Assembly (NCBI GenBank): GCA_002499085.1
Contig: DAKD01000036.1
Span: forward strand, 24,213-88,212
Length of the DNA: 64,000 bases
Direction of reading: 5' to 3'
Source: Methanomassiliicoccales archaeon UBA280
Lineage (GTDB): Archaea > Thermoplasmatota > Thermoplasmata > SG8-5
Of this stretch, positions 17,193 through 26,728 are shown in pieces (position 1 is the stretch's first letter; each line of letters begins with the position of its first letter). The position numbers and the translations under genes are program-made. A model generated the notes under the pieces. The model did no database searches. It was not told the origin of the DNA and saw only the letters and a program-made list of their open reading frames with translations.

Positions 17193-20100
17193 ATGAGGAA
17201 GAAATTATTCGCATCCTGGCTGTGCCTGATACTGGTATTATCAACATTCATAATCACCACAATTGTCAGTGATAATGCTGAGGGAAAGGAAAACGTGATT
17301 AACGGAACCGCATACATCGCCAGCGCACCCTTTCGCATCAATTCCAACGCGGACTTCGCCACGTCCCCCAAGGTGACGGGCGGGGATGGCTCCGCTGGGA
17401 ACCCCTGGATTATTGAGAACTTCGAAATTAATGGGACTGGGTATGGATCATGTATTTACATTGGAAATACCACTGATTATTTTATAATTAGAGATTGTTA
17501 TTTACATGATGCTAGCGGAAGTTTAAGTAATTTGTTTAGCTATCGTGCGAATTCCGGGATTTATTTTTTCCATGTGACGAATGGTGCGATAATCAATAAC
17601 ACAATAATCTCGAACGACCAATATGGCATGTTACTTTTTTGGGATAGTTATAACAACCTCATTGCTGACAACAATATCACCTATAATTCGGTTGGTGTTT
17701 TTCAATGGCAAAGCTGGACTGGGAATACATTTTCAAATAACACATTTTTTAATAACAACTATGGTATTAGATTATACTACGCTCGGAGTGATACATATTC
17801 CGATAATTTATTCTTGAATAATGCATATGACATCCAGCTTGAGGCCTCAACTGACCTAACCTTGGTTAATAATGAGATGATTGGAAATGGAATTTTCATC
17901 GATGGCGGGGAAACGGCCTGGGAATCACATTCGATTGACACTACAAACACCGTTAACGGTAAACCTGTTCGATATTATGCGAACCAGAACAGTATTACGG
18001 TTCCCACGGACGCAGGCCAGATAATTTTTGCAAAATGCACGTTGTCGGTAATCGAAAACCAGAATTTGTCTAATGTCTCAGCTGGAATATCATTGGGATA
18101 TTCCTCAAACATTACAATTCGCAACAATAACCTGTCTTCATGCAATTATGGAATATATCTCCAAGGTTCCGATTATAATGACATCATTAACAATACAGTC
18201 TCGAATAATGAAAACGGCATGGCCCTTTCTCAGTCGGATTTTAATCATTTGGCCGACAATATTGCAAATTTTAATAATAATTCAGGCATTGGTTTTTTAG
18301 ATCTCAACTACAATTCTTATAACAATACCATAATAAATAATGCATTTTATAATAATTACAATGCTATAGACCTATTGCACTGTTGTAATGCTTCCGTTAT
18401 GAATAACACTGCATTCAACAACACCAATTGCGGTATTTCAATAAGTGCGAGTTCTAATAATGCGATCTTACAAAACAATGTTACATGGAATGGATGGGGT
18501 ATTGTGATAAATAGCATCAACAATCTTGTGAAGAATAACAATGCCTCTAACAACGCTTGGTCTGGCATCACATTGAGCGGAGGAAATGACAATATGTTAT
18601 GCAACAACACTGTTTATAACAATAGTTATTCTGGCATTCAAATATCCAGTAAATATTCTAACAATGTCGAGAATAACACAGCAATAGGAAATCCTGTCGG
18701 TTTTCTACTTAAGGGCTCACAGTTCGCCCTCGTCAAGAACAACCAGGTGCTTGACAACAATGTTGGCTTCTCTCTGACCGGATCTAGGTATAATAGGATT
18801 TTCGGCAACATGATTGAAAATTCTAAATTCGGGATGTTCCTTGATTCCTCGACCAATAATTACATTGGAGAAAATGCCATATACAATTCCACAGGCATGA
18901 CAGGAAGTTCCGAGTATTCATCATTCGAGATGGGTCTCGATGTTTATCAGAACGACCCAGACTGGTCAGCCTACTCAAGCTTCGAGGAACAGCTGGCGAC
19001 GGGCGATGGCGGTAACCCGCTGTTCACCAGGGCGGTTGATCTTGTGGACACACTAATATTCGATGTTCGGATAATAGGCCAGGCCAATGCTTATGATCTT
19101 GACCTGGGCATTTTCCTTGACGGGATGGGTGGCAACCCTATCGATGGAATTACCCAGACCGGAGAATTCGTAGCAATGTGCGCTGACAACGACGCTGAAG
19201 AGAGCGTCAGACTTTCGGTTGTGGAAGATGGCACATACCTTATCCGCGTTTTTGGATTCACACTCGGCACAAATCCGGCTCAATTTGACATGGACATCAA
19301 CATCATCAACGGAACCAGTACTGGAGTATATCTGATGAACTCCACTTACAACAGGATTGTGAACAACAATATTTCGTACAATGCTCAGGGGCTAAATCTG
19401 ACGCAGGCGTCCAACTTCAACCTCTTGCATTATAATAACATCGCTGGAAACGCTGTCCAGGCCTTTGATGATGGGCATAATCTATGGAATGCATCATATC
19501 CGACAGGTGGCAATTTCTGGTCCGATTACGCAGGTGTGGACGCCTTCTCCGGGCCTAACCAGAACATCGCTGGAAGTGATGGAATCGGGGATACACCATA
19601 TACGACCATCATAGGAGGAGCGAATGAGGATTCGTATCCATTGATGAGTTACACAGACAGTGTGTACATCGATATCACACCTCCCACGTCAAGTGCTTCT
19701 GTAATCGGGGAAACCATATTTCCACCGTTGAGTTGGGGAACTTGCGATATATTGGTCAATGCCACCGATGATTATAGCGGGATAGCGAATATCACGCTCT
19801 GGTACAGACACAGCCTCAACAATGTGTCATGGGGTTCATGGACTGTTTATCTAACGGGTGAGAATCTGGTTTCATTCGAGTTCAACCCTGTGTTCGGGAC
19901 CTTGACTGGCGAAGGCCATTACCAGTTCTACACTATTGCGACTGATTGTGCCGGGAACATTGAGGTAAAACCGCAAGCTACGGAAGCGCATTGGTTGTTC
20001 GACCTCACTGCCCCCGAAAGCGAGGTATTGCAACCCGCAAGTTACTGGAACATTCCCCCTCTTGATATGCAGGTAAATGTCGCTGACAACACGAATTCCA

Positions 20101-21473
20101 CCAGCAATGTCGAGGTGCTTTACAGGTTCAGCCCGGACAATGCGACCTGGGGTGGCTGGACCTCGTATGGCAACATCACTGCAGAACCCTGGAATTTAGC
20201 CTTCGATTTCCCTGCCGGGCAGGGCATTTACCAGTTCTACAGCCGGGCGAACGATACTTCCGGCAACCTGGAGAACGCCACCGCAGTGGCCCAGGCGACA
20301 ATCGGTTACGATGTTTCTCAGCCGCTTCTGACGGACAATACGCCTGCTGTCGGAACCACAGGCGATGCATTCCAGTTCCAGGTTGCTGCAACGGACAATA
20401 TCGCACTTGCGGAAGTCAATGTCGTGTACAGTTTCGGATCAGGGAACGAGACCAATGCCACCATGATCTCCGGATCTGGCGACTCCTATACCTTCGGCAT
20501 CGCCATCCCCATCGGAAGCCTGGATGTTCTTCATTACAGGATAGCGGCGGTGGACTCGGCCGGAAACTGGTACTCCACATCGACAAGAAATGTCATTGTT
20601 TCGGACAATGACAATCCGGCTGCCGATGCCGGCCCTGACCAAACGACGATGGCCGGTTCCGTGGTCTTTTTCACCGCTGCCGCAAGCACAGACAATATCG
20701 GCATTGTGAATTTCACTTGGACGTTCAATGAAGGCGCAGGCAGCATCGCCCTCTTCGGCGTTTCTCCCTCTCACAATTTCACAGTGCCCGGCAATTACAC
20801 TGTGCTCCTGACGGTATTGGACGCGGCCGGGAATGCCGGAACCGATACAATGCTGGTTACAGTGACGGAGCTGGCTCCGGTCATCGACAATATCCCGCCA
20901 ACAGCCAATGCAGGCTCTGACAGGTCTGTCACCATGGGCGCCGAGATAACATTTGACGGCTCTGCCAGCACAGACAATGTCGGCATAGCAAATTTCACCT
21001 GGACATTCACGCATAACGGCACAGCGGTCACCCTCTATGGCGCCTCCTCCTCTTTCAGGTTCTGGGAGGCAGGGAACCACACAGTTACATTGAATGTGAC
21101 CGATGCCGCAGGCAACTGGGACACGGACTCCATGAATATCGAGGTCTTGGAAATCCCCCCGGAGGCCGACGAGCCTGGCAATTACACCTGGCTCATTGTG
21201 ATAATCATCATAATACTGGTTGCGGTCGTTCTGGTCATGTGGCTGCAGAAGCGCGGGAAGCCCGAGGCTCCCGAGGAGACTGCCGAACCGGCTCCGGAGC
21301 CCCATCAAACCCAACCCGAGGCCACCAAGGAAAGTGCAGAACCGACTCCGGAACCACCAAAGCCCGAACCTAAGCTGGACAGGGAGGAGATGCTCCGGAG
21401 GATCGAGAAGGCTTACAAGGAGGGCAGGATGAACGAGGAGCAGTACAGGAAGAACCTCGATAAGTTCCGATAG
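17193..21473 (+). CDS. Surface protein: parallel beta-helix (NosD/PbH1-like) + PPC-like insert + Ig-like + 2x PKD + TM + SHOCT-like tail
   Basis: The ATG at 17193 follows GGTGG. Signal/anchor MRKKLFASWLCLILVLSTFIITTIV. A long run of Asn-rich beta-helix turns follows. The insert reads YDLDLGIFLDG...YLIRVFGF. There are repeated Ig-like modules (GxYQFY..A.D..GN.E) and PKD modules (ADAGPDQT..., ANAGSDRS...). The TM helix is WLIVIIIIILVAVVLVMWL. The Pro/Glu-rich tail ends in EEMLRRIEKAYKEGRMNEEQYRKNLDKF. Confidence 0.85.
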   Translation: MRKKLFASWLCLILVLSTFIITTIVSDNAEGKENVINGTAYIASAPFRINSNADFATSPKVTGGDGSAGNPWIIENFEINGTGYGSCIYIGNTTDYFIIRDCYLHDASGSLSNLFSYRANSGIYFFHVTNGAIINNTIISNDQYGMLLFWDSYNNLIADNNITYNSVGVFQWQSWTGNTFSNNTFFNNNYGIRLYYARSDTYSDNLFLNNAYDIQLEASTDLTLVNNEMIGNGIFIDGGETAWESHSIDTTNTVNGKPVRYYANQNSITVPTDAGQIIFAKCTLSVIENQNLSNVSAGISLGYSSNITIRNNNLSSCNYGIYLQGSDYNDIINNTVSNNENGMALSQSDFNHLADNIANFNNNSGIGFLDLNYNSYNNTIINNAFYNNYNAIDLLHCCNASVMNNTAFNNTNCGISISASSNNAILQNNVTWNGWGIVINSINNLVKNNNASNNAWSGITLSGGNDNMLCNNTVYNNSYSGIQISSKYSNNVENNTAIGNPVGFLLKGSQFALVKNNQVLDNNVGFSLTGSRYNRIFGNMIENSKFGMFLDSSTNNYIGENAIYNSTGMTGSSEYSSFEMGLDVYQNDPDWSAYSSFEEQLATGDGGNPLFTRAVDLVDTLIFDVRIIGQANAYDLDLGIFLDGMGGNPIDGITQTGEFVAMCADNDAEESVRLSVVEDGTYLIRVFGFTLGTNPAQFDMDINIINGTSTGVYLMNSTYNRIVNNNISYNAQGLNLTQASNFNLLHYNNIAGNAVQAFDDGHNLWNASYPTGGNFWSDYAGVDAFSGPNQNIAGSDGIGDTPYTTIIGGANEDSYPLMSYTDSVYIDITPPTSSASVIGETIFPPLSWGTCDILVNATDDYSGIANITLWYRHSLNNVSWGSWTVYLTGENLVSFEFNPVFGTLTGEGHYQFYTIATDCAGNIEVKPQATEAHWLFDLTAPESEVLQPASYWNIPPLDMQVNVADNTNSTSNVEVLYRFSPDNATWGGWTSYGNITAEPWNLAFDFPAGQGIYQFYSRANDTSGNLENATAVAQATIGYDVSQPLLTDNTPAVGTTGDAFQFQVAATDNIALAEVNVVYSFGSGNETNATMISGSGDSYTFGIAIPIGSLDVLHYRIAAVDSAGNWYSTSTRNVIVSDNDNPAADAGPDQTTMAGSVVFFTAAASTDNIGIVNFTWTFNEGAGSIALFGVSPSHNFTVPGNYTVLLTVLDAAGNAGTDTMLVTVTELAPVIDNIPPTANAGSDRSVTMGAEITFDGSASTDNVGIANFTWTFTHNGTAVTLYGASSSFRFWEAGNHTVTLNVTDAAGNWDTDSMNIEVLEIPPEADEPGNYTWLIVIIIIILVAVVLVMWLQKRGKPEAPEETAEPAPEPHQTQPEATKESAEPTPEPPKPEPKLDREEMLRRIEKAYKEGRMNEEQYRKNLDKFR

Positions 21474-21571
21474 ATATTTTAGGGATGTCCCCCCAAGTGC
21501 GACCCTGGTGCATATCGGAAACATTGTGCCGCCAGCCAATCGCTCGCCGGAGGAGCCCGGGGGCGCGACAT

Positions 21572-21590
21572 TCCCCGCAGGGGCGGGGGC
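21572..21590 (+). terminator. GC hairpin CCCCGC-AGGG-GCGGGG downstream of the 17193 gene (member of the CCCCGC(C)/G(G)CGGGG-CATG family)
   Basis: Inverted repeat read at 21573-21588, followed by GCATG as in the copies at 29258-29269 and 30617-30626. Confidence 0.4.
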
Positions 21591-21641
21591 ATGATGGCCG
21601 AGCGAATTCATAATGGTGTTGGGTACCCGAGGTCCGTCTGT

Positions 21642-21657
21642 GAAAACTCTATATATC
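21642..21657 (+). promoter_or_regulatory. BRE/TATA-like element (GAAAAC-TCTATATAT) upstream of the aldolase gene
   Basis: TATATAT at 21650-21656, about 30-36 nt upstream of the ATG at 21686. Confidence 0.4.
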
Positions 21658-21685
21658 GCGGCGTCTATCCCAACATGGTGCTAAG

Positions 21686-22486
21686 ATGGATTGGGGCATG
21701 AAGAACCGCTTGTCGAGGATAATAAAACCGAAAGACGGAAAGACCGTGATGCTGGCAGTCGACCATGGGTATTTCATGGGACCGACGACGGGCCTGGAGC
21801 AGCTGGACAAGATGGTTTTGCCGCTGCTGCCGCATGCTGACACGCTGATGCTGACTCGCGGAGCCCTGCGGAACTACATTCCCCCTGAAACAGACATACC
21901 CGTGGTCCTGCGCGTCTCGGGAGGCACCAGCATCCTGAACGATGAGCTGCTGCACGAAGGAATTACCGTTTCCATGGAGGACGCTGTCCGGCTGAACGTC
22001 TCCGGAGTGGCATTCTCGATAATGGTCGGCGCGAAGTTCGAGCGGGACACGTTGCTGGCATTCACCGAGATAGTGGACGAGGCCGAGGCCATGGGAATCC
22101 CCGTGATTGCCGTGACTGCCGTCGGAAAGGACATGGCCAGGGACGCGAAATACATGGCCCTGGCTTCCAGGATTGCCGCGGAACTCGGAGCGCACATTGT
22201 CAAGACCTATTATGTCGACGGATTCGAAAAGGTGATCGAGTCATGCCCTGTGCCTGTGGTCATCGCCGGAGGCAAGAAGACCGACGAGATAACAGCTCTG
22301 AATACAGCCTACAATGCGATCCAGGCCGGCGCTGTCGGCGTGGACATGGGCAGGAACATATTCCAGGCCAGGGATCCTGTTGCGATGATCCAGGCAGTCA
22401 ACGCGGTCGTCCACGGCAACCAGACACCGGACGAGGCATACCAGCTCCTCGCGAGAAGCCAATCCGGAAGGTACTCGAGGAGATGA
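21686..22486 (+). CDS. DhnA/LsrF-family class I aldolase (DeoC/LacD superfamily)
   Basis: Motifs DWGMKNRLSRI, AVDHGYFMGPTTGLE, IVKTYY, VVIAGGKK, GVDMGRNIFQ. As I recall the families, these match the LsrF / archaeal FBP-aldolase-ADH-synthase group. Confidence 0.8.
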   Translation: MDWGMKNRLSRIIKPKDGKTVMLAVDHGYFMGPTTGLEQLDKMVLPLLPHADTLMLTRGALRNYIPPETDIPVVLRVSGGTSILNDELLHEGITVSMEDAVRLNVSGVAFSIMVGAKFERDTLLAFTEIVDEAEAMGIPVIAVTAVGKDMARDAKYMALASRIAAELGAHIVKTYYVDGFEKVIESCPVPVVIAGGKKTDEITALNTAYNAIQAGAVGVDMGRNIFQARDPVAMIQAVNAVVHGNQTPDEAYQLLARSQSGRYSRR

Positions 22487-22526
22487 AACCGCATAATTCT
22501 ATATCGGATGCCGCCGATACAGTACC

Positions 22527-23054
22527 ATGGATGGGATAACCCATTACATGGTCGCCTTCCTGTTGGGGAGGAAATTCCGCCTTGACAAAGAGCGGATGAT
22601 GGCCATCACACTTGGAGCGCTTGTACTGGACATTGACATTGCGCTTTACCTGCTCCCGGGGCCTCTTTCGCACGGGACATTCACCCACACGCTTGGCGGA
22701 GCGCTTGTCCTCGGCGCGATATGCACTGTTGCGATGTTCCTCTGGAAGAAGAGATGGACTGCCCAATGGGTCGCCCTTGGCATTGCCAGCCACATGTCGT
22801 TGGACATGATTAATACGATGTCGATTTTCGACGATGGGAAACAGCTCCTTTACCCCTTATCTGATGAGGTTTTCAGCCTGAAGGATTACGTCCCTTACCC
22901 AGACCTTCTCTGGGCCATAATCTCTGCGGCGGTGTTTTCCTTCTCGATCGTCATGCTGGCAATATACTTTGTTGAACGTGATTATCCCTGGAGGGTGTGG
23001 TATGACGAGAGGCCGCTCGTGGAATACTGGCGGAAGAGGCTTGGCAGGGGCTAA
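22527..23054 (+). CDS. Membrane-bound metal-dependent hydrolase, YdjM/DUF457-like
   Basis: N-terminal MDGITH, LDIDIAL, SHGTFTHT and SHMSLD motifs with about 5 hydrophobic helices. Confidence 0.7.
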   Translation: MDGITHYMVAFLLGRKFRLDKERMMAITLGALVLDIDIALYLLPGPLSHGTFTHTLGGALVLGAICTVAMFLWKKRWTAQWVALGIASHMSLDMINTMSIFDDGKQLLYPLSDEVFSLKDYVPYPDLLWAIISAAVFSFSIVMLAIYFVERDYPWRVWYDERPLVEYWRKRLGRG

Positions 23055-24961
23055 CCGAACGCCATCAGCGAGCCGAGTGAGACAGCGCAGAATATCAGGG
23101 CCGATACTGGCAGCGCGGCCGCGACATCCCCTTTCCAATGGCCCCTTCCGCGCTCTATCCCGGAACAGAAGTACATTATCGTGGCGACGGTTGTGAGGAG
23201 GTATATCCCGATTATCATGACGAAGCACGGCGTGGGCATGGCCGCCGAACCGTTCATGTCCGAGAATGTCTCTGACAGGAGCCCGTAGAGGCCCACAGTC
23301 ACGCCCATTATCACCGGGCCGAAGAGCACGGCCGTGTTCTTCATGCTGTCCACTGTGGAGCGGAGCTTTATCCGCATGTCCCTGTCCGAGCTGGCCAGCT
23401 CCCTCATGTGATTCGACATTGCTATGAGCATGCCCCCGGCGGTTTCCGAGTCCTTGGCAGTGGCCTCGGTCATGAGGCGCATCGCGGCCCTCAGCTTGCT
23501 TGAGGGGTGGCGCGCAGCCATGCCGTTCACGGAGAAGAGCACGTCACCGAGGCTGCCCCCGCCCCTTCTCATCTTCGACAGGACCTCGGCAAGGAATATG
23601 CCGGCCTCTGTCCCGGACATTGTCGCGGAAACATCCTCGATGGCCTTCTCAAGGGCTGTGCCCTCGCCGAGCCTCGAGCCTATCTGGAATAGCATGTCCG
23701 GCATCTGCTCCTCGAGCCTCTCGGCCTTACCGGAATCTGCCCGGGAATGTCCCGGCCTCAGGACGAGCCAGAGCCCGATGCCCAGGCCCGACAGAATTAC
23801 AAGCGCGGCGACTGACCATTCCAGGCCCCAGAATCGGATGCGGGCGCCAATGAACCAGGCCAATGCCCCCGCGATGCCGATGACGATGATGGCCTGGAGC
23901 ATTCCCTGGAGCCCGTGTCTCTCTTCGGTCTCCCGGACCGCATGAACCCCGGGCCTCCTCGCCAGTATGGAACCGGCGTACGCCAGGGCAGCGACAGGGA
24001 AAGCCAGGTTCATGAGCAGTATGCTGAGCACCAGCATGGGAACCCAGCTGCCTTCCGCTGCCTGCGGTTCCTGCAGGCCCATGCCTAAGCCGCCCATGGA
24101 TATCATCGGGAGCATTGACCCGATTATCATCGGGAGGAGTATCCCCAGGGAAAAGAGCACCGTGGCAGGAGTGCCCAGGGACGCGGCGAAGCCCTCGACG
24201 CGCTGCCTGGTGCCCGTGAGCACCGTGTCGCATGCCCGCCTCAGCCCGGACCTGGACTTCTCCGGCTCCCTGTCCTTGGCCGCGCTCAGTATCCCGTACA
24301 TCGCGGAAGCGAGTTCCTCATTGGACTCGCGAAGCTCGCCTGCGTAGGAAACGAGCGCCTCCTCGGTGGTCGCGAACTTCCTGGCCTTGACATTCCATAC
24401 TATGGACCTCAGCTCGTCGGCCATGGGCCCTTCGGCATTGGCCGCAGCGAACTCGACGGCCCTGTCGAGCGACTGGGAGAGCTCCATGGACATGGCCATG
24501 TAATTTATGGCCTGGGGCGCGGCTCCGAAGGCTTCGGTCTCGAGGCTCTTGGCAAGCCTTTCAGGGTATGTCACGAGCAGGGCGAATGCGGCGAGAGCCG
24601 CGGCGGCTGAGGTTCCGGCGCAAGCTGCGGCAAACATTATCGGCTCCAGGCCCAGCAGCAGGGAGACCATGGCGGCAAGCGGCAGAACGGCAACAAAGGT
24701 TATCGAAGCGGCCACGGATGAGAATCTCACAACCTCCTCCACCCTCAGGCCCATGCCCGTTATCCTCATCGCCCTCCTGAAATCCCTCTGGTCGCGTATC
24801 GCTTCCAGCCTGGCCAGTTTCTTCCGCTTGGCCTCCAGCTCGCGGATCTCGGCCGAGAGCAGCCTGATGTCCTGCACCATCTTCCTCTCGCGTTCCGGGT
24901 TCGGCGAAACCTTCCCCAGCCGCCTGCAGGCTTTCCGGTACAGCATGCCGCGCTCAGACAT
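23051..24961 (-). CDS. Type IV pilus/archaellum-type platform membrane protein (FlaJ/TadC/T2SS-F-like)
   Basis: 636-aa polytopic protein with two repeated helical-bundle+TM halves. It overlaps the upstream secretion ATPase gene by 8 nt. Confidence 0.7.
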   Translation of the reverse strand: MSERGMLYRKACRRLGKVSPNPERERKMVQDIRLLSAEIRELEAKRKKLARLEAIRDQRDFRRAMRITGMGLRVEEVVRFSSVAASITFVAVLPLAAMVSLLLGLEPIMFAAACAGTSAAAALAAFALLVTYPERLAKSLETEAFGAAPQAINYMAMSMELSQSLDRAVEFAAANAEGPMADELRSIVWNVKARKFATTEEALVSYAGELRESNEELASAMYGILSAAKDREPEKSRSGLRRACDTVLTGTRQRVEGFAASLGTPATVLFSLGILLPMIIGSMLPMISMGGLGMGLQEPQAAEGSWVPMLVLSILLMNLAFPVAALAYAGSILARRPGVHAVRETEERHGLQGMLQAIIVIGIAGALAWFIGARIRFWGLEWSVAALVILSGLGIGLWLVLRPGHSRADSGKAERLEEQMPDMLFQIGSRLGEGTALEKAIEDVSATMSGTEAGIFLAEVLSKMRRGGGSLGDVLFSVNGMAARHPSSKLRAAMRLMTEATAKDSETAGGMLIAMSNHMRELASSDRDMRIKLRSTVDSMKNTAVLFGPVIMGVTVGLYGLLSETFSDMNGSAAMPTPCFVMIIGIYLLTTVATIMYFCSGIERGRGHWKGDVAAALPVSALIFCAVSLGSLMAFG

Positions 24962-26726
24962 AAGGCGCGCTCCGGAGGAACCATTGGCCCCATTCTTCGG
25001 TCAGTTTTTCCGGCTGGCCGGAGCCGAGCCTGTCAACCAGCGCCCAGTACTCCGAGTTGGACCTGACGACTGCATTCGGCCCCAGAAGGTTCGGGTTGGC
25101 TGATGCTCCGCCAACCATGCTCTCGCGGATCCCGGCCCTGGCCCTTATGTTGGCCATTGCCGTGTCAAGGCCCATGCCCCACTGGGCTGCTATAGCGCCC
25201 ACTCTGGGCGATCTCGCCAGGTTCTCGGTTTCGACGAGCGAATCAGTCCTGTCGTCGTAGACCATCAGATCGCTGAACTGACCCGGCTCGCCTCCTTTCA
25301 CGAGCTCGGAAATGGCCGTGACGCGTCTCACTTGCTTCTGCCTTCCCCCGGGCCTCACGAGGCCGCACACGACCACTATGTCCGTGGCCGAGAAGGCTTC
25401 GGGATGTATGTCCAGGTCGTAGACAATCCTCTCGAAAACAGATTTGGGGGAGTTGCCGTGAATCGTCCCCAGCACGGCGCTTCCCGCACTGCCGGACCGC
25501 ATGGCCTCGTAAAGGGTTCTGGCCTCGCGGCCCCTGACCTCGCCCAGGACTATCGCGGACTCGCCGAGCCGCAGCGAGACCCGCAGCGCGTCATCCGCGG
25601 TCCTGTCACCGGACCCGCCGACCGCGGAGCGCACGAACAGGCTCTGGACCTTGTACCCCAACTCCTGCATCCTGGCGCCGGGAAGCTCGAGCGTGTCCTC
25701 GATCGTGAGTATGCGCTGGCTCAGGGGGAATTCCAGCATCAGGGCACCCAGCATGGAGGATTTGCCCGCGCCCCTGCTGCCTGCCACCAGCACGGTGGAG
25801 CGGCCGTCAATGAGGAACGACAGCAGGCCCGCGCCCAGGGGGCTGATGCTGCCCAGGGCGATAAGTTTCGGCAGCGTCCAGGGCTCGGCGGAATGCCTCC
25901 TCAGCGCGATTGCCACGCCTTCCGGGCTGAGAGGCTTTCCAACAACCGTGACCCTGGTGCCGAATTCCTCGATATCGGTTTCGAGCATGGGCATGGCCTC
26001 GGAGAACGGCCTTCCGGACTCGAACCTGAACCTTGACACGAGCGCCTGTGCCTCCCTCTCGCTGAGATGTATGTTGGTGATGCATTTCCCGCTGATGCCC
26101 TCGATGCCCGCGTCGCCTATCACGACATGGACAGGGTTGTCGTCGGCCGGGGCGTCGATATATATGTCCTGGACATGCTCGTCTCTGAGCAGGTATTCCA
26201 GCATTCCCAGGCCGACAGTGTGCCTGAGCAGTGCGTCGGTGAGAAAGTCAAGGCCGCCCATCTGTTCGATCTCACCGGGACTTACTCTGGCCGAGCGCGC
26301 GGCAGAGGAGATTATTTCACCGGCTTCCTTCCTGCACCTGCTCCTGAGACTGCCGGCCGCCGCGGGGTTCCTGCCCTCCCTGGAGTTCTCCACGAACTCG
26401 GCCCTTGCCAGCCAGAGAAGCTTCGAGCCCGCCTCGGGAAGCGTGTATTCCCTGGGCGTGATCCTGTAGAGTGTTTCCGGGCCGGAGCATATCTCGACCT
26501 TGGCCGTGCCCACGTAATACCTTGCCAGCCTCGAGCCCTCGCTGACGACCGGCTCGCCGACCCATGCCTCGGCAAAGCCCGGCCTCAGCCTCGAATCGGA
26601 TCTGAGAAGGTTCATCAGCCCCAGGTCCAGGTTTGCCCCGGCCTTGGGAGGCTTCGGGGGCGGGGCACCGGCCGGCTGAACTATCCTCGGAGGTTTCCCG
26701 GGCCTCAGGACGATTCCCCCGGGCAT
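24954..26726 (-). CDS. Type II/IV secretion-family ATPase (FlaI/PilB/VirB11-like)
   Basis: Walker A LVAGSRGAGKSSML, Walker B/Asp box RILTIEDTLEL, GEVRGREA, His-box-like LGTIHGNS. The archaeal-type N-terminal domain has a Pro-rich start. Confidence 0.85.
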   Translation of the reverse strand: MPGGIVLRPGKPPRIVQPAGAPPPKPPKAGANLDLGLMNLLRSDSRLRPGFAEAWVGEPVVSEGSRLARYYVGTAKVEICSGPETLYRITPREYTLPEAGSKLLWLARAEFVENSREGRNPAAAGSLRSRCRKEAGEIISSAARSARVSPGEIEQMGGLDFLTDALLRHTVGLGMLEYLLRDEHVQDIYIDAPADDNPVHVVIGDAGIEGISGKCITNIHLSEREAQALVSRFRFESGRPFSEAMPMLETDIEEFGTRVTVVGKPLSPEGVAIALRRHSAEPWTLPKLIALGSISPLGAGLLSFLIDGRSTVLVAGSRGAGKSSMLGALMLEFPLSQRILTIEDTLELPGARMQELGYKVQSLFVRSAVGGSGDRTADDALRVSLRLGESAIVLGEVRGREARTLYEAMRSGSAGSAVLGTIHGNSPKSVFERIVYDLDIHPEAFSATDIVVVCGLVRPGGRQKQVRRVTAISELVKGGEPGQFSDLMVYDDRTDSLVETENLARSPRVGAIAAQWGMGLDTAMANIRARAGIRESMVGGASANPNLLGPNAVVRSNSEYWALVDRLGSGQPEKLTEEWGQWFLRSAPYV

Positions 26727-26728
26727 GG

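Noticed and set aside
9360-18930. The AT-rich block read as a simple metagenomic mis-assembly, or as a classic genomic island/prophage.
   Set aside because: Reading frames continue uninterrupted through all four compositional junctions, and domain architecture is coherent across them. No integrase, transposase, phage gene or flanking direct repeat is present. Mis-assembly still needs read-level exclusion.
20439-21611. 390-aa ORF on the minus strand. The same applies to similar long antisense ORFs: 53559-54824, 26067-27380, 27486-28334, 3839-4582, 56282-57247, 36120-36950, 37356-38408 and 40378-41226.
   Set aside because: All lie antisense to genes with clear domain content. Their translations are Arg/Pro/Gly/His-rich low-complexity typical of shadow ORFs in GC-rich DNA. 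None has a motif or a plausible start context.
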